Origin: an uncultured Nitrospiraceae bacterium
GTDB taxonomy: Bacteria; Nitrospirota; Thermodesulfovibrionia; Thermodesulfovibrionales; UBA6898
Reading direction: 5' to 3'
NCBI GenBank assembly: GCA_963811165.1
Contig: CAWEQH010000004.1
Location: forward strand, 736,001 to 800,000
DNA: 64,000 nucleotides
Below the pieces are notes generated by a model. That model was not told the origin of the DNA. It ran no database searches and saw only the letters and a program-made list of their open reading frames with translations. Of the stretch, positions 60,304 to 64,000 are shown in pieces (the stretch's first letter is position 1; every line of letters starts with the position of its first letter). The translations under genes and the position numbers were made by a program.

Positions 60304-61613
60304 TGATGCGCGGCGATACTATGCAAATAGGAATCATCGGCGGCGGGATCATGGGCCTGACTTTGGGTTATTATCTGTCCAGGGAAGGACAGCGGATCAC
60401 GCTTTTTGAAAAAGCAAAAGAGGTCGGCGGCCTGGCGGGTTATTTGGAATTTGAGGGCACGACGATAGACAAATATTATCATTCCATCCTGGGCGGAGAC
60501 ACCCATCTGCTCCATCTAATAGACGAGCTGGGCATCAGCGGTTTGCTGAGATTCAAAGGGCTAAAAATGGGTTTCTATCATGAAAAAAGATTCTATCCCA
60601 TGTCGACTCCCCGCGAATTGATGACGTTCCCTCCGTTAAATATGCTAGACCGCTTCAGGCTTGTGGGCACCGTGTTATATTCACTTGCCATCAGGGATTG
60701 GCATAAACTGGAAGATATTAGTGTCGAGAAATGGCTCACCGGAGTGAGCGGGGGAAGAAATTACCGGAATATCTGGAAGCCTCTCCTCAGGGCCAAATTT
60801 GACGGAAATTTCGATGACATTCCGGCCACGTACATCTGGTCGAGAATTCTTCGCATGAATTCTATTCGCCATGCCGACAGGACGCGGGGCGATAACGGGT
60901 ATTTGACAGGCGGCTTTTACACATTGATCAACTCTCTCGCTGAGCATATACGCCGGCAGGGCGGAGAGATACTCCTTAATACGCCGGTAGAGAAAATAGA
61001 GCCTCAAGGGGATAAGATTCGACTTAGGACAGGAGAAACAACTCAAGCATTTGACAGGGTAATTTCCACAATCCCTACGCCATATTTTCGGGAACTTCTC
61101 CCCCAGACTTTAGGGTCGTACAAAGAGAAACTGGCTCAGATTGATTACCTGGATATTGTATGCCTCCTCATGGTTCTGAAAAAGTCACTCGGGCCGTACC
61201 ATACGCTGAATATCACCGACGGCTCCCTGCCCTTTACCGGGGTCATAGAAACCACTCATCTTATAGACCCGATGTACGTGAATGGAAAAAATCTGGTTTA
61301 TTTCCCGATATACCTGGCTCCCGGGAGCGAGATACTCAAAATGCCGGAAAACGGGGTTTTTCAATACTGCCTTCCGCATATACGTGAAATGTTCCCGGAT
61401 TTCCACGAAGAGGATATCGTAAAAACATTTGTCATGAGAAGCAGATTTGTCGAGCCGATTCACAGAGTCAGTCGGACCGGCGATATCCCCGATGTGGTTA
61501 CTCCGGTACCGAACCTGTTTCTGGCCAACACGACCCAGGTATATCCGGAGATCTTGAACAGCGAATCGATTGTGCGTTTTTCAAAAAAAGTCGCGGAAAG
61601 AGTTAACGCGTGA
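60303..61613 (+). CDS. FAD-dependent oxidoreductase (protoporphyrinogen oxidase-like fold)
   Basis: GIIGGGIMGL, EKAKEVGGL, DKYYH. Confidence 0.85.
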   Translation: MMRGDTMQIGIIGGGIMGLTLGYYLSREGQRITLFEKAKEVGGLAGYLEFEGTTIDKYYHSILGGDTHLLHLIDELGISGLLRFKGLKMGFYHEKRFYPMSTPRELMTFPPLNMLDRFRLVGTVLYSLAIRDWHKLEDISVEKWLTGVSGGRNYRNIWKPLLRAKFDGNFDDIPATYIWSRILRMNSIRHADRTRGDNGYLTGGFYTLINSLAEHIRRQGGEILLNTPVEKIEPQGDKIRLRTGETTQAFDRVISTIPTPYFRELLPQTLGSYKEKLAQIDYLDIVCLLMVLKKSLGPYHTLNITDGSLPFTGVIETTHLIDPMYVNGKNLVYFPIYLAPGSEILKMPENGVFQYCLPHIREMFPDFHEEDIVKTFVMRSRFVEPIHRVSRTGDIPDVVTPVPNLFLANTTQVYPEILNSESIVRFSKKVAERVNA

Positions 61614-61651
61614 AAATTGTCTTTCCGAGTTCTTCACTATAGGAGGTTCAC

Positions 61652-62014
61652 ATGCTCGCTCTTATAAGTATCATCACGAGTGTCACTCTAGGAGTAGTAG
61701 GCCAGCTGTTCATTAAGAAGGGATTAAACTCCCTAGTCGGCCTAAATTTCTCCGCTGGAGTTGTCGCAAGCTATATGAAAATATTCTTTTCACCCTTTAT
61801 TATCGTAGGTCTTTCAATATATTTCCTGGGGGTATTTTTCTGGCTGTATGCCCTATCAAAAGTGGAGTTGAGCTTCGCGTACCCCTTTGTCAGCCTGAGC
61901 TATGTTCTCGTTTTGCTTTTTTCGTCGCTGGTTTTGGGCGAGCATGTGTCATTCATAAGGTGGATGGGCGCGATAGCCATAGGCGTCGGCGTATTGCTTG
62001 TCGCAAGGACGTGA
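61652..62014 (+). CDS. SMR/EamA small membrane protein (ArnE/ArnF-like flippase)
   Basis: GQLFIKKG, WLYALSKVELSFAYP, LGEHVS. Confidence 0.85.
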   Translation: MLALISIITSVTLGVVGQLFIKKGLNSLVGLNFSAGVVASYMKIFFSPFIIVGLSIYFLGVFFWLYALSKVELSFAYPFVSLSYVLVLLFSSLVLGEHVSFIRWMGAIAIGVGVLLVART

Positions 62015-62103
62015 TTTTGGTGGGGGCTGTTACCAAAAAAACGACGACCGCTCTTGTCGTCATCTGATAAGGAACTACTTAGAAATTTTGACGGGAGTAT
62101 CAT

Positions 62104-64000
62104 ATGGACAGAATAGAAAATAAAATCAGGGGAATAATTTTCAATAAGTATCTCATGCCTTTGCTATTTTTTATTGCCTTCGGCCTGACCCAGCTCACTG
62201 TTATCCCTGATGTCGATGCTCAGGACTATAACCTCACTGTTGCGGTCCTGATCAATTCTATTAATACCAGCGGATACAACGCTAACCCGGCCAATCCCGG
62301 CGAATATCAGCGGTACCCGGAGCGATACCTGGAGCACCTGCAGGTCCCTTATCAGACTTTCGATGTCTCGTCTCAGTCGCCGCCCGCCGACCTTTCGTCA
62401 CGGCAGCTGATCATCATTGGGCATAAAGGTGTCAATCTGCCTTCGAATTGGCAGACGGCAGTTATAAACGCAGTGAATGGAGGCACGGGTCTCGTAAACC
62501 TGGATTGGGCCACTAATATAGGGACAACGTCGTATGTACAGACAATATTCGGTGCGACAGGGTCTTCCGCCGGCACTCCAGGGATAGACATAACCGTGCC
62601 CCAGGATGTCGCGCAAGGAGGCGCCACCCCCCATTACATCGCAGCGATGCAGAAGAAGTTTCTTGGTGACCTGCCTGGGGATTTTGTTTACAATTTCCAT
62701 GTCGATAAAAACAATATACTTCAGACCGCAACCAGCACGGTGCTTGCGATGGCAGGGGGGACCGTGATCGCCAGGATCGGTTCCGATCCATTCATAGTTG
62801 CCACAGCTTATGGCTCGGGGCGAGCAGTTCACTTCGGAACACTGGACTATCTGAGGGCGGACCGTTTTGGTTTTTTAATGGGAATTGACGACCTTTTCTG
62901 GAGAAGCCTCGTCTGGGCAGCCCGGAAGCCCTTTGTCCTCAGAGGATATCCGAGGCTGTGGGCGGTGCAGATGGATGACACTTTTCCTGGTTGGGGATTC
63001 AGGGTGCGGGATATTTATGACCCCACTTTTACCGGTAACGTTGCCCCTGACGGCACCGGCGGTCCCTGGAAGCTCACCGGATACCTTTATACCGATAACC
63101 TTCCTCAAGGCGGTGATGAGAGGGCTTCGGTCACTGCAGATATCCGGCAGGGTCTCCTCAAGGTTGCTCCTCATACGTTCGGAAACGTTACCTATGGAAA
63201 CCTGTATTGGAACGATGGCAGTGGAGCACTCACCGACACCCAGTGGTCAGCGAATCTCAGTCAGGTCCTACAGTGGAAACAGGGACTAGGTGGAAACGAT
63301 ACAATCCCGTCTTTGTCCCGCTCATTGGTGGCACACTACTGGGACATAAGCGATAACACCGGATATGACTTGTGGAACAGCCTCGGCTACAGATACGTCA
63401 CCTCGATTCAAAAGCCCGGCTTCCGGGACTGGGCGGATGTGACTATCAATGCGGGAGCCGAGCGGCCTCATGCACGGCCTTTCTGGCTTTATGAGCAGCC
63501 TCCGAAGACAGTGGCCGATGAGAATTACTCCTTCTTTTTTGCCGATGACTATACGATCAACAGCCGGTCGGGATATGCATCGAAGACGTTCTTCCTGTTC
63601 GCGTCACAGTTGCACGATCCGGGGCTCAATTATCCGAGACCTGACGCCATCTGGCCGTCGAGCGGCTGGAATTTTGCCCCTGCCGACAGCATATCCCAGT
63701 TTGAGCGGTATACATGGCGCTTTTGGTCGAGCCTTGCACCTGTCCAGCTCTTTACCCATGACGCCCAAAACTATGAAGCCTCATCGGCTTCCGACAGACA
63801 AGCGGTCATCGGGCAGGTTTCTGCGTGGCTCCAGGAAAACGGAGTACATCATGTATTCATGGAAGGACTCGGTGACTACGTCTATAGCAGGAGCAAGTCT
63901 GTTTTGACCGATGTACACGTGTCAGGGAGCAATATTACCTACGCTCTCACGGGGAATGCCGCCACTGCAGACGGTGCGCCCATCAATACTGATGTGTTCG
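62104..64000 (+). CDS. large secreted protein with polysaccharide deacetylase-like motifs (partial, runs off the right edge)
   Basis: My translation: frame open from ATG 62104 (GGGAG RBS) to the window end; hydrophobic signal-like segment; WAVQMDD, APHTF, LFTHD motifs. Absent from the ORF track because no stop lies in the window. Confidence 0.85.
   Translation, partial: MDRIENKIRGIIFNKYLMPLLFFIAFGLTQLTVIPDVDAQDYNLTVAVLINSINTSGYNANPANPGEYQRYPERYLEHLQVPYQTFDVSSQSPPADLSSRQLIIIGHKGVNLPSNWQTAVINAVNGGTGLVNLDWATNIGTTSYVQTIFGATGSSAGTPGIDITVPQDVAQGGATPHYIAAMQKKFLGDLPGDFVYNFHVDKNNILQTATSTVLAMAGGTVIARIGSDPFIVATAYGSGRAVHFGTLDYLRADRFGFLMGIDDLFWRSLVWAARKPFVLRGYPRLWAVQMDDTFPGWGFRVRDIYDPTFTGNVAPDGTGGPWKLTGYLYTDNLPQGGDERASVTADIRQGLLKVAPHTFGNVTYGNLYWNDGSGALTDTQWSANLSQVLQWKQGLGGNDTIPSLSRSLVAHYWDISDNTGYDLWNSLGYRYVTSIQKPGFRDWADVTINAGAERPHARPFWLYEQPPKTVADENYSFFFADDYTINSRSGYASKTFFLFASQLHDPGLNYPRPDAIWPSSGWNFAPADSISQFERYTWRFWSSLAPVQLFTHDAQNYEASSASDRQAVIGQVSAWLQENGVHHVFMEGLGDYVYSRSKSVLTDVHVSGSNITYALTGNAATADGAPINTDVF

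Noticed and set aside
62373..63907. Several short ORFs in the track
   Set aside because: All overlap the single long open frame that starts at 62104.

Overview
Bacterial chromosomal window. Gene content (many sigma-54 systems, multiheme cytochrome, Lon-REC, TauE/USP operon, XrtA-type EPS genes) suggests an anaerobic Nitrospirota or deltaproteobacterium-like organism; this is inference, not a search result. Left to right: (1) the 3' end of an HD-GYP gene and a sigma-54-driven exported protein; (2) a decayed integron (1.37-4.22 kb) with an internally deleted intI, a putative attI, four attC/attC-like sites and four cassette ORFs; (3) three diverged copies (+,-,+) of a ~200-nt element with covarying stems (4.5-5.25 kb), a candidate uncharacterised structured RNA or non-autonomous mobile element; (4) housekeeping genes (isochorismatase-like, coaD, rsmD), a Lon protease with an intact receiver domain inserted, a 12-heme cytochrome c, DUF3786, PilZ, ppnP and a DEAD-box helicase; (5) a TauE/SafE + USP + sigma-54 two-component + GntR locus; (6) glnD, tamB, BamA/TamA family, SurA-like, csp, cysM, a UbiD-family decarboxylase, ihfA, a MerR regulator and tRNA-Pro(GGG); (7) an exopolysaccharide region (degenerate GAF-HisKA-GAF-HD-GYP, glmS, HK/sigma-54 RR, pseudo-receiver, UpxY antiterminator, XrtA/PEP-CTERM-type export genes, Wbp-like diacetamido-uronate genes, an Arn-like module) ending in a large secreted deacetylase-like ORF that runs off the window. 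No CRISPR array or rRNA was seen. Product names come from recognised motifs; no database search was run.
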